From NCBI GenBank assembly GCA_938091905.1, contig CALKOM010000209.1, positions 1-25,242 of the forward strand: a stretch of DNA of 25,242 nucleotides, in the 5' to 3' direction. The first letter of the stretch is position 1; every line of letters starts with the position of its first letter. The translations under genes and the position numbers were made by a program. This stretch comes from an uncultured Verrucomicrobiales bacterium. Lineage in GTDB: Bacteria > Verrucomicrobiota > Verrucomicrobiia > Verrucomicrobiales > DEV007. Below the pieces are notes generated by a model. The model was not told the origin of the DNA. It saw only the letters and a list, made by a program, of their open reading frames with translations, and did no database searches. Positions 1-7,391 of this stretch are shown in pieces.

Positions 1-565
1 TAGCAAGGCCATCGAGATCGGTGAGATCGTTTTTGGAGAGGTCAACAAATGTTAAGCTATCTAAGCCTTCTTCGAACGTGATTTCAGTCAGACCATTGTT
101 ACTTAGGTAGATTTCTTTGAGATTGATCAGCTCACCAGGGATGGAGAGACTAGTGAAACTGTTGCTGTTGACGCGGACAATTTCTAATGAAGGGATATTA
201 GCTATCAAGTTGATGTTAGGAAGGATGTTCCCTGAGAGATCGATTTCAGTTAGTTTTTCTAGATCATCCGGTAGCTTAGTCGGGCTAAAGATGGAGGGCT
301 TCAGCCTATTGCCGCTGAGGTCGAGTACTTCGAGATTCACTAAACCTTCGGGGAGCGTGACACCTGCCTTCTCGAGTCCAGCTAGACTCAAGTTTTTCAC
401 TTTTGCCAGGTCTGATGCGCTGATATCGCCGTTGGCCTTGTTGATCTCATCGCGGATCGCGGCTTCCACATCACTATCGGAGATTTGTCCTAGGGCACCA
501 CCTGTGAGGATGGCAAACACACCGAGCGTGGCAAGAAATGCAGGGTTGGGCTTCATAGTCTTCAT
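1..565 (-). CDS. Secreted leucine-rich-repeat (internalin-like) protein, 5' part only; runs off the window
   Basis: Not in the ORF track because it has no stop in the window. Manual translation from ATG 565 (alternative ATG 556) gives MKTMKPNPAFLATLGVFAILTGGALG (signal peptide), then an internalin-type cap ISDSDVEAAIRDEINKANGDISASDLAKV, then LxxLxLxxNxL repeats: LEVLDLSGNRL, LTEIDLSGNIL, LEIVRVNSNSF, LKEIYLSNNGL, LTFVDLSKNDL. The frame is open to base 1. Confidence 0.9.
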   Translation of the reverse strand, partial: MKTMKPNPAFLATLGVFAILTGGALGQISDSDVEAAIRDEINKANGDISASDLAKVKNLSLAGLEKAGVTLPEGLVNLEVLDLSGNRLKPSIFSPTKLPDDLEKLTEIDLSGNILPNINLIANIPSLEIVRVNSNSFTSLSIPGELINLKEIYLSNNGLTEITFEEGLDSLTFVDLSKNDLTDLDGLA

Positions 566-644
566 TGTTGAGGGTGTTCTAAGGGGTTTGCGGTTGGGGT
601 GAAAAGCAATTTAGCCGAGAATCGGAGTTGGTGCTTGGGCAAAT

Positions 645-1079
645 TTAGGGGTGGTGGGCCTGCCAGGCCTTCCAGCCGCCTTGGAGTCGATGGACTTTCT
701 TCAATCCTAGGCCTTCAAGGCGCTCTGCAATGGCGTGGCTGGCTTCTTCTGGCCCGTAGATCACAAAGGTCTTTCGCTGGTCCATAAAGACTTCGAAATG
801 GGCTTTGAGAGCGTGCTCAGCGTTGTCTGGCCGAAGGGAGATGGCGTCTGGGATGTGATTGATTGCATAGGCGGTTTCTGGTCGCGCGTCGAGCCACACT
901 GGGTTAGCCGACCAGGTCAAGATCTCTTCAAGCGGCGTGTTCGCCTCCATCTTTGTCTTTTGAACGAGGAAGAGCGCGGGCCGGTTAGCCTTGAAGTAGA
1001 AAGTCCAGGCCGTTCCAAGAGTAGCTCCCAAAACGATAATGCCGAGTTGGAGGCAGGTCTTTCCAGCGACATTCACCAT
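645..1079 (-). CDS. Membrane-anchored rhodanese-like domain protein
   Basis: N-terminal hydrophobic helix, then WLDARPETAYAINHIPDAISL and VHRLQGGWKAW, which are typical rhodanese motifs. The active-site loop reads VIYGPEE with no Cys. Confidence 0.85.
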   Translation of the reverse strand: MVNVAGKTCLQLGIIVLGATLGTAWTFYFKANRPALFLVQKTKMEANTPLEEILTWSANPVWLDARPETAYAINHIPDAISLRPDNAEHALKAHFEVFMDQRKTFVIYGPEEASHAIAERLEGLGLKKVHRLQGGWKAWQAHHP

Positions 1080-1090
1080 GGCGAACGACT

Positions 1091-1978
1091 TTAAAGAGAA
1101 GGTTTACCTTCTTCAGCACTAGCTTGATTGTTATCCATGGCCTCGGGAAGAATCAACTCCACAACGGGCTCTTCTTTTCCGGATCCTTTGCCTGCTGAGG
1201 GGGGGAGCGCTTTCTTCATCTCAGGTCGCTGAATACTGTAGAAAGCGAGCTTGTTCCGATGCTTCTTGATCGCGCAATCTGTTTCGATCGTAAGCATTCC
1301 GAGCTGAACTTTCTCCGTCGTTTGAGGGGTAACGGCGATTTCGTAGCGCTTCCCTGCCTCAATTTCGTTCGTTTCTACCCTGATATTGTCACGAGAAGAA
1401 CGGACTGATTTGATGTTGATAGGCTCTTCATGATCCATTGTGATTTGAATAATCTTTGTTTCCGTTTCGTCGCCCATGTCCCACTTGGTGATCTTGGGGG
1501 CAATCTGCACAATGGTTGGAACGATCAACTCGACGGTGAGGCGATCTGTTTTGGGTAGCGAGACGACAGGCTGAACAGGCTCTACTTGCTCGATGAATGC
1601 TAGGGGATCGCTGCTATCCGTCGATTGTCCAATGACTTTTGGCTTCAAAATCGGCTGGTCTTCTTCGTAAATGAGATTGATACTCTTCGATTGCACGCCT
1701 TCACCAATGCCAATTTTGAAGACCGCCAAGACATTGCCGGACTCACCTTTCTCATAGCGCTCCTTATCCGTCTTGGCACTGATGCAGCCGCAGTTACTCT
1801 CGACCTTCTTGATATTGATTGGATGCTTCCCTGAATTTGTGAATGAGAAGACAGCCTCAAACTGCTTCTCAGCAGGTTTGGCTTCGTAGGTCACTTGTTT
1901 AGCCTTGAAGTGGAGATCCGCCCATGTGCTGGTTGCGGCCAAGAGGCCGCAGCTGATCAAAAAGAGGGTCCGTTTCAT
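1091..1978 (-). CDS. Exported DUF1573 (Ig-like) domain protein
   Basis: Likely start ATG 1978 (MKRTLFLISCGLLAATSTWA signal peptide). FSFTNSGKHPINIKKVESNCGCISA...GESG matches the DUF1573 pattern with its CGC motif. A second beta-rich domain follows. Confidence 0.8.
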   Translation of the reverse strand: MKRTLFLISCGLLAATSTWADLHFKAKQVTYEAKPAEKQFEAVFSFTNSGKHPINIKKVESNCGCISAKTDKERYEKGESGNVLAVFKIGIGEGVQSKSINLIYEEDQPILKPKVIGQSTDSSDPLAFIEQVEPVQPVVSLPKTDRLTVELIVPTIVQIAPKITKWDMGDETETKIIQITMDHEEPINIKSVRSSRDNIRVETNEIEAGKRYEIAVTPQTTEKVQLGMLTIETDCAIKKHRNKLAFYSIQRPEMKKALPPSAGKGSGKEEPVVELILPEAMDNNQASAEEGKPSL

Positions 1979-2019
1979 GATCCGGTAGAGTAAGGGGGAA
2001 TGCGCTTCTCGCAAGTGAC

Positions 2020-2994
2020 TCAGCCTCGATTCAGCAGGAATAGAATTGCGGTGATGCTGACAAGGCTGAGCAGGGTCGAGTAAAAGACGATTCCAGTCGC
2101 GAACCGTGCATCTGCCTGAAATTCATGGGCAAGCAGAGCGGTGTTGATCGCTGTCGGCGCACCTGCTCCAAGGACGAGTAGCGCACTTACTTGACCGCTG
2201 AATCCGAACGCTTGGACCAGCGCCAGAGCGATCAAGGGTCCCCATAGAAGGCGTTGAACGAGCGCCCAGCTTAGCGAGGCATTGAGAAGAGGAGGTTTAG
2301 TTTTTGACAGCTGGACTCCAAGAGTGAGCAAGGCGACGAAGACCAGGGCCCGTTCGCCGTAGACCAGTGGCTCCCAGACGAAGCTTGATTCCACCGCTCC
2401 GCTCAAGCCGAAGCTACGAACAAAAATTGCCAGGGCAATGGCGTAGAGAGATGGTTGTCGCAGGAGCACACTCAATCGCCGCTTCGTCCTCCCTCCTGTG
2501 CGTTTCCCTCCTTCAGCGGCGAGCAATGTTCCAAGGGAGAAGGTGCTAACGTTCATCGTCATGAGGACGAACACCTGAAGGGCGGCGATGTCAGGGTAGG
2601 CCAGAGCCATTAGCGGAATGCCGTAGTTTCCACAGTTGTAAAACATGGTGGAAAGCTGCAGGGCCCTGCGCGATGCCGAGGAGAGTCGGCATATTCTGGC
2701 GTAGGCCCAACTCAGGAGGCCCATGCTGGCAATCATACACAGGGTGAAGGCAATGATCCTCAGGGCGAGACCACCGGTCAGCGGGGATTGGGTAACTCTG
2801 ACGAAGATGAAGGCAGGAACGAGTAAGTAGATGTTCAGCTTGACCAGGGAATCGAGGTCGAGTCTGAACTTGCGATCAAAGAGCCATCCAGCCCCGATGA
2901 TCAAAAAGATCGGTAAGCAAATGTCCCGAAATAGCGTCAGTATCGTGGGGCTAGCTGCGATGAAATAATTGGTGGCACCGGAATTGATAGGCAC
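2020..2994 (-). CDS. AEC (auxin efflux carrier / malate permease) family transporter
   Basis: About 10 hydrophobic segments with the motifs YLLVPAFIF, FYNCGNYGIPL, LLTLGVQL, APTAINTALLA and STLLSLVSI. The GTG start is uncertain. Confidence 0.9.
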   Translation of the reverse strand: MPINSGATNYFIAASPTILTLFRDICLPIFLIIGAGWLFDRKFRLDLDSLVKLNIYLLVPAFIFVRVTQSPLTGGLALRIIAFTLCMIASMGLLSWAYARICRLSSASRRALQLSTMFYNCGNYGIPLMALAYPDIAALQVFVLMTMNVSTFSLGTLLAAEGGKRTGGRTKRRLSVLLRQPSLYAIALAIFVRSFGLSGAVESSFVWEPLVYGERALVFVALLTLGVQLSKTKPPLLNASLSWALVQRLLWGPLIALALVQAFGFSGQVSALLVLGAGAPTAINTALLAHEFQADARFATGIVFYSTLLSLVSITAILFLLNRG

Positions 2995-3014
2995 TAGGAT
3001 TTGGCGATAAGTTA

Positions 3015-3542
3015 ATGATGTATTCAGATGAGTCGATCCAGTATGCGCTAGAGACGACCCAGGTTCTTTTAGAACCGGATCGCCGAATCGACACGTTTGG
3101 AACTACAGTCTTTGAGTTTCACCTCATCAGTGAATTGATGGACAGTATCAATGAGGTTCGCATTCGGCGTGGGAATATTGAGGCTGCGAGGCCGATGATT
3201 GTGAGCCCGCATGCAGAAGACGGGTTGAGTTTTGAGGGATTCGGCGAGCAAGCCGAAGGATTTGCCGATTGGCTGAGAAGACAGGAGGGAACGGCAGCAT
3301 TTCTCAAGTACGGCTTCAATTTTAAGCAATGGGACATCCAAGAGAGTGTCGTCCATGATCCCATTGATGATGTGCGTGAGCGAGTGCTCAAGCAGGTCAC
3401 CGACTCAAACAACCCGCTGAATGCAGTGATCGAAGGTGTGGATGATACCTGGGAAATCTCGCTTCTTAGGTTTACCGTAGAAATGATTCAGAAGTCACAC
3501 GGTATCAATGTGTTCGACTTTAAACGGCGCGGTCTGCTTTAG
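3015..3542 (+). CDS. Hypothetical soluble acidic protein
   Basis: 175-aa ORF with natural protein composition, tightly packed as the first gene of the run leading to accA. No motif recognised. Confidence 0.8.
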   Translation: MMYSDESIQYALETTQVLLEPDRRIDTFGTTVFEFHLISELMDSINEVRIRRGNIEAARPMIVSPHAEDGLSFEGFGEQAEGFADWLRRQEGTAAFLKYGFNFKQWDIQESVVHDPIDDVRERVLKQVTDSNNPLNAVIEGVDDTWEISLLRFTVEMIQKSHGINVFDFKRRGLL

Positions 3543-3551
3543 TAGAAGTTG

Positions 3552-4388
3552 ATGGTCATTCGTATCTTCTTTGCCTTAGTCACACTAGCGGTCTTGGGTT
3601 TGGCCATTGGTAGCCTTGTCTACATCCTGGAGGAGGTCGAGAAGCCAAAGGTGGCCGCGGCACGGGAGATCAAGGAGGCTGCTCCGCCCAAGCCGATCGA
3701 TCCCGGTATCCGTGAGTATAAGGCCGCTCTCAAATTGGCCAAGAACCGGCAGTTGGCCGCCGCCCGAGACAAGCTACGCTACATCATACGCTATTTCCCG
3801 AGGTCTGAGCGCCATCAAATGGCCCGCAATCTCTGCTCCGAGATCAATCTAGACCTTCTTATTTCTCCAAACTTTGTCGAAGGTAAGAAAGACTATGAAG
3901 TGGTCAGTGGCGACTCTCTGAGCGAGATAGCCAAGAAGCACGAAACGACGATCGAGTGTTTAAAGAGGTTGAATGGCATGATGGATTTCAAGATCATGCC
4001 CGGAGATCACCTGTTGACTCGTTCTTTGAATTTTAAAGTTTCCGTGGATACCAAGCGTAAGACGTTGACGATGCTGGAGGATGGGGAATTCTTTGCCGAA
4101 TTTCCCGTCATAGACATCCGGTTGCCGGGTAAGTTGCGGCCACCCGTTCAGGATACGGTAAGGAGCAAGCATGCGCTTGCTGGGAAATCGACCCTAATCA
4201 CCACCCAGCGCGGTTACGACCTGGCCCCTAAAGAGCTCAGGTTCTCGCGTCGCGGCCTAAAAATTGTCGGCCACAAACAGAAAGAAAGCGAAGATCAGTT
4301 GGTCCAACCCGGAATAATAATGGACCCAACGGACGTTGAAGAGTTAACTATGTTACTTCGCGTGAGCACCGCTGTTCACATTCTCTAA
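3552..4388 (+). CDS. Membrane-anchored LysM protein with a TPR-like segment and a degenerate YkuD/L,D-transpeptidase-like C-terminal domain
   Basis: N-terminal TM helix; helical hairpin AARDKLRYIIRYFPRSE; LysM YEVVSGDSLSEIAKKHETTIECLKRLNG...IMPGDHL; YkuD-like ends VSVDTKRKTLTMLEDGEFFAEFPV and GIIMDPTDVEELTMLLRVSTAVHI. Confidence 0.85.
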   Translation: MVIRIFFALVTLAVLGLAIGSLVYILEEVEKPKVAAAREIKEAAPPKPIDPGIREYKAALKLAKNRQLAAARDKLRYIIRYFPRSERHQMARNLCSEINLDLLISPNFVEGKKDYEVVSGDSLSEIAKKHETTIECLKRLNGMMDFKIMPGDHLLTRSLNFKVSVDTKRKTLTMLEDGEFFAEFPVIDIRLPGKLRPPVQDTVRSKHALAGKSTLITTQRGYDLAPKELRFSRRGLKIVGHKQKESEDQLVQPGIIMDPTDVEELTMLLRVSTAVHIL

Positions 4389-4397
4389 AGGACCTCC

Positions 4398-5411
4398 ATG
4401 AAGCGCCAATACCTCGAGTTTGAAAAGCCGATCTACGAACTGCAGCAGCAGCTCGATAAGTTGAAGCGTCAGGCGGACAAAGAGAAGATGGATCTTTCGG
4501 AGGAGATGGAGGGGATTACGAAGAAGATCCGAAAGACCCGATCGGACATTTATAAAAACCTTACGCCATGGCAGCGCATCCAGATCGCCCGTCACTACGC
4601 GGAGCGGCCCTTCATGCTCGACTATGTTGAGAATGCCTTTGAAGACTATTTGGAACTGCACGGAGATCGTCTTGTCGGTGACGATAATGCCATGCCTGCG
4701 GGTTTTGCTCGGCTTGGCAAGCAGCGGTGTGTGGTCATCGGGCACCAGAAAGGGCGAAATACGAAGGACAACCTCAAGCGTAATTTCGGCAGCGCCCACC
4801 CAGAAGGCTATCGCAAGGCAATGCGTGTCATGCGCCTGGCAGAGAAGTTTGGTTTGCCTGTCATTACGTTGATTGACACCCCAGGAGCATTTCCAGGTAT
4901 CGGGGCGGAAGAGCGAAACATTGCGGAGGCTATCGCCCATAATCTTAGAGAAATGGCCTTGTTGAAGACGCCGATTCTCTCTGTGGTCATTGGCGAAGGC
5001 GGATCTGGTGGTGCGCTCGGTATTGGCGTGGCTGACCGTATTATGATGTTGGACAATGCCTACTACTCCGTCATCAGCCCTGAAGGCTGTGCAGCCATTC
5101 TATGGAAGGATGGTAAGCGAGCAGCAGAAGCTGCCGAGGCGCTCAAGATCACTGCGGGTGATCTTAATGATCTTGGAGTCGTCGATCGTGTCATCGAAGA
5201 ACCTGAGGGTGGGGCGCATGTTGATCCGCTTGCGATGGCCCTCCGCTTGAAAGAAGTTCTTATTGAGGAGTGCCGGAAGTTGATGGCGCTCTCGACGGAG
5301 GATTTGTTAGAACGCCGCTATCAAAAGTTTCGTGCTTTTGGCGAATTTGATCAGACGACCTTGGATCCAAGTAATCAGGCGGAAGCCCAAGCAGCATCAG
5401 CAGGAAGTTAA
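4398..5411 (+). CDS. accA: Acetyl-CoA carboxylase carboxyltransferase subunit alpha
   Basis: YLEFEKPI, LTPWQRIQIARH, ELHGDR, GHQKGR, PEGYRKAMR, LIDTPGAFPGIGAEER, GEGGSGGALG, YSVISPEGCAAILW. AGGA ribosome-binding site upstream. Confidence 0.98.
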   Translation: MKRQYLEFEKPIYELQQQLDKLKRQADKEKMDLSEEMEGITKKIRKTRSDIYKNLTPWQRIQIARHYAERPFMLDYVENAFEDYLELHGDRLVGDDNAMPAGFARLGKQRCVVIGHQKGRNTKDNLKRNFGSAHPEGYRKAMRVMRLAEKFGLPVITLIDTPGAFPGIGAEERNIAEAIAHNLREMALLKTPILSVVIGEGGSGGALGIGVADRIMMLDNAYYSVISPEGCAAILWKDGKRAAEAAEALKITAGDLNDLGVVDRVIEEPEGGAHVDPLAMALRLKEVLIEECRKLMALSTEDLLERRYQKFRAFGEFDQTTLDPSNQAEAQAASAGS

Positions 5412-7273
5412 CCTGCCCACCGGCGGAAAGCCTCGATCGCCTCATAGTCTGCCAGCCCGAGCTGATCATAGTACTTGGCCACGGCCTTCTCTCGTGCGCC
5501 CGTGCTTTTCTCTTCTTGAGTGTATTGTGAGACAGCGGTGAGCTTCGACTTGAGCTGGCCTGGGCTCATCGGCACCGCCATATCGATCTCATAAGAAGCA
5601 AACGGCTTCTCGCCAGAGCGGTAGAGCCACGTCCAGCATTCGTCTTGCCATGCCTCTTTGGCTGTTTGAGCCATGGCCGTTTGAAATAGCCGATAGCAAA
5701 CGCCTGCGACACTGCTGGGATCTGAGGCGCTACCAGTCATGTAGACCTGGTGAGGTTCGAGCTTTGTCAGAATATCACAGAGGGCGGAAACGTCGTTGTC
5801 GCCTGGCTTAAAGCGGCGATAGCGACCGGATTCGTAGAAGGGAAGTTCGAGGAAATGAATGTGCTCTTCACCTAAGTTACAGTTTCGGAGGGCGTGCCGT
5901 GCTTCACTTCGGCGAACGAGTGATTTGATAGAGCGGAGAGTGGTGTTGTCTTGGCCAAAGGGACCCTTGGCCGCGAGATCACCAAGGAGTTGGCCTGCAT
6001 AGCGTACCGGTGCTTCCCAGTTCTCTGCGGATTGGGCGTTGGCGAGCTCTTTCAACACTTCGGCAAAGCGTTCCGCGGCGTCGTCTCCAACGCCAAGATT
6101 GCCAGACGTGAGAAAGACGACATCGACCGTGTGACCTTGTTCAATGAGCCGATCAATGGTTCCTCCCATGGCGCGGAGTTCATCCGATGGCTCGGGAGCG
6201 AGGATAAGCGAGCGCTTGTGAAATGGGAGGGCACGTTCTGGCCGGTAGCGATCATCCTCATCTGGCTTGCCGCCGGGCCACCCAGAGATGGTATGCTGCA
6301 GCTCGTTGAAGATACGGATGTTGAGCTGGTAAGCAGGACCGCAGTCAGTAAGCAAATCGCTCATGCCATGCTCATTGTAGTCCTCATCGAGCAGCTTAAG
6401 CACAGGCTTGTTCAGTTTTCGGGAGAGCCAGGTCACAGCTCTTCGAATAAGCTCGTCGGTCCAGTCGACCGATCCCACAAGCCAAGGATGCTGGTTGCGT
6501 GTGAGACTGCTGGCTGCTCCTGCGTCTAATAGAAACTGAGCATTGTCGTGAAGCTGGAGAAAACTCGCCGAAATCGCATCGGTCACCTCGCCCTCAACCG
6601 CCTTGGCGACAATGTCAGCTTTGTTCTCACCCCATGCCATCAGGGCGATACGTCTTGCACGCATGATAGTACCGACACCCATCGTGAGCGCGAATCGGGG
6701 AACATTGTCGATTCCGAGAAAGTCTCGTGCCGCATCTTCGCGAGTGACTTTGTCTAGCGTGATCATCCGAGTCGGGGAATCTTGTGCCGACCCTGGTTCA
6801 TTGAACCCAATGTGCCCCGTACGGCCGATGCCAAGTATCTGGAGATCAATTCCGCCAGCCTCTTCGATCTTGGCCTCGTAGTCGCGACAGGCTCGGAAGA
6901 CCTGCTCGCGTGAGACTGTGCCAGGCGGAATATTGATCTGGGAATCCGGCAGGTCCACATGATCGAAGAGCTGCTCGCGCATGAATCGGTAGTAGCTCTC
7001 GCGGTGCTGGGGCTCGAGGCCAAAGTACTCGTCGAGATTGAACGTGATCACATTCTGGAAGGAGAGCCCTTCCTTCTTATGGAGGTGGATCAGTTCGCGA
7101 TAGAACGGGACGGGTGTGGATCCAGTGGCCAGGCCCAGTACCGCGTGCTTGCTGCTCGCCTGACGCTGTCGAATGAGTGAGGCGACCTCGACCGCGAGGA
7201 CGCGACAAGCTTCACTGGAATTTTCGTACGAGATACAGGGGATTTTCTCGAATTGCTCGGCTTCCGAAGTCAT
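5408..7273 (-). CDS. nagB: Glucosamine-6-phosphate deaminase, long form fused to a C-terminal PIG-L/LmbE-like domain
   Basis: Likely start ATG 7273 (MTSEAEQFEKI). LGLATGSTP, TFNLDEY, LGIGRTGHIGFNEPG and ALTMGVGTI are present, followed by the linker LQHTISGWPGGKP and a PIG-L-like domain. The stop overlaps the accA stop (TTAA, 5408-5411). Confidence 0.95.
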   Translation of the reverse strand: MTSEAEQFEKIPCISYENSSEACRVLAVEVASLIRQRQASSKHAVLGLATGSTPVPFYRELIHLHKKEGLSFQNVITFNLDEYFGLEPQHRESYYRFMREQLFDHVDLPDSQINIPPGTVSREQVFRACRDYEAKIEEAGGIDLQILGIGRTGHIGFNEPGSAQDSPTRMITLDKVTREDAARDFLGIDNVPRFALTMGVGTIMRARRIALMAWGENKADIVAKAVEGEVTDAISASFLQLHDNAQFLLDAGAASSLTRNQHPWLVGSVDWTDELIRRAVTWLSRKLNKPVLKLLDEDYNEHGMSDLLTDCGPAYQLNIRIFNELQHTISGWPGGKPDEDDRYRPERALPFHKRSLILAPEPSDELRAMGGTIDRLIEQGHTVDVVFLTSGNLGVGDDAAERFAEVLKELANAQSAENWEAPVRYAGQLLGDLAAKGPFGQDNTTLRSIKSLVRRSEARHALRNCNLGEEHIHFLELPFYESGRYRRFKPGDNDVSALCDILTKLEPHQVYMTGSASDPSSVAGVCYRLFQTAMAQTAKEAWQDECWTWLYRSGEKPFASYEIDMAVPMSPGQLKSKLTAVSQYTQEEKSTGAREKAVAKYYDQLGLADYEAIEAFRRWAG

Positions 7274-7353
7274 ATGGCATCGAATCGTCGAAGCCAAGCT
7301 TTGGCAACAGAATCTGGGAATTTGGCACAATTATGAGAGGGGATTGGGGTTTC

Positions 7354-7380
7354 AATGTCTAGACATTCTTGTCTAGGCTG
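7354..7380. promoter_or_regulatory. Putative tandem GntR/HutC-family (NagR/DasR-like) operator
   Basis: Perfect 14-bp palindrome AATGTCTAGACATT (7354-7367) followed by a second imperfect site TTGTCTAGGCTG (7369-7380), located in the divergent gap between nagB and the DUF1553 gene. Confidence 0.65.
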
Positions 7381-7391
7381 GCTCCCAAATC

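Noticed and set aside
117..602. 161-aa plus-strand ORF
   Set aside because: It is the antisense shadow of the minus-strand LRR gene; Ser/Leu-rich with no motif.
7274..7330. N-terminal extension of nagB from the ORF-track start at 7330
   Set aside because: The sequence is not NagB-like and lies in the probable promoter/leader. ATG 7273 fits better.
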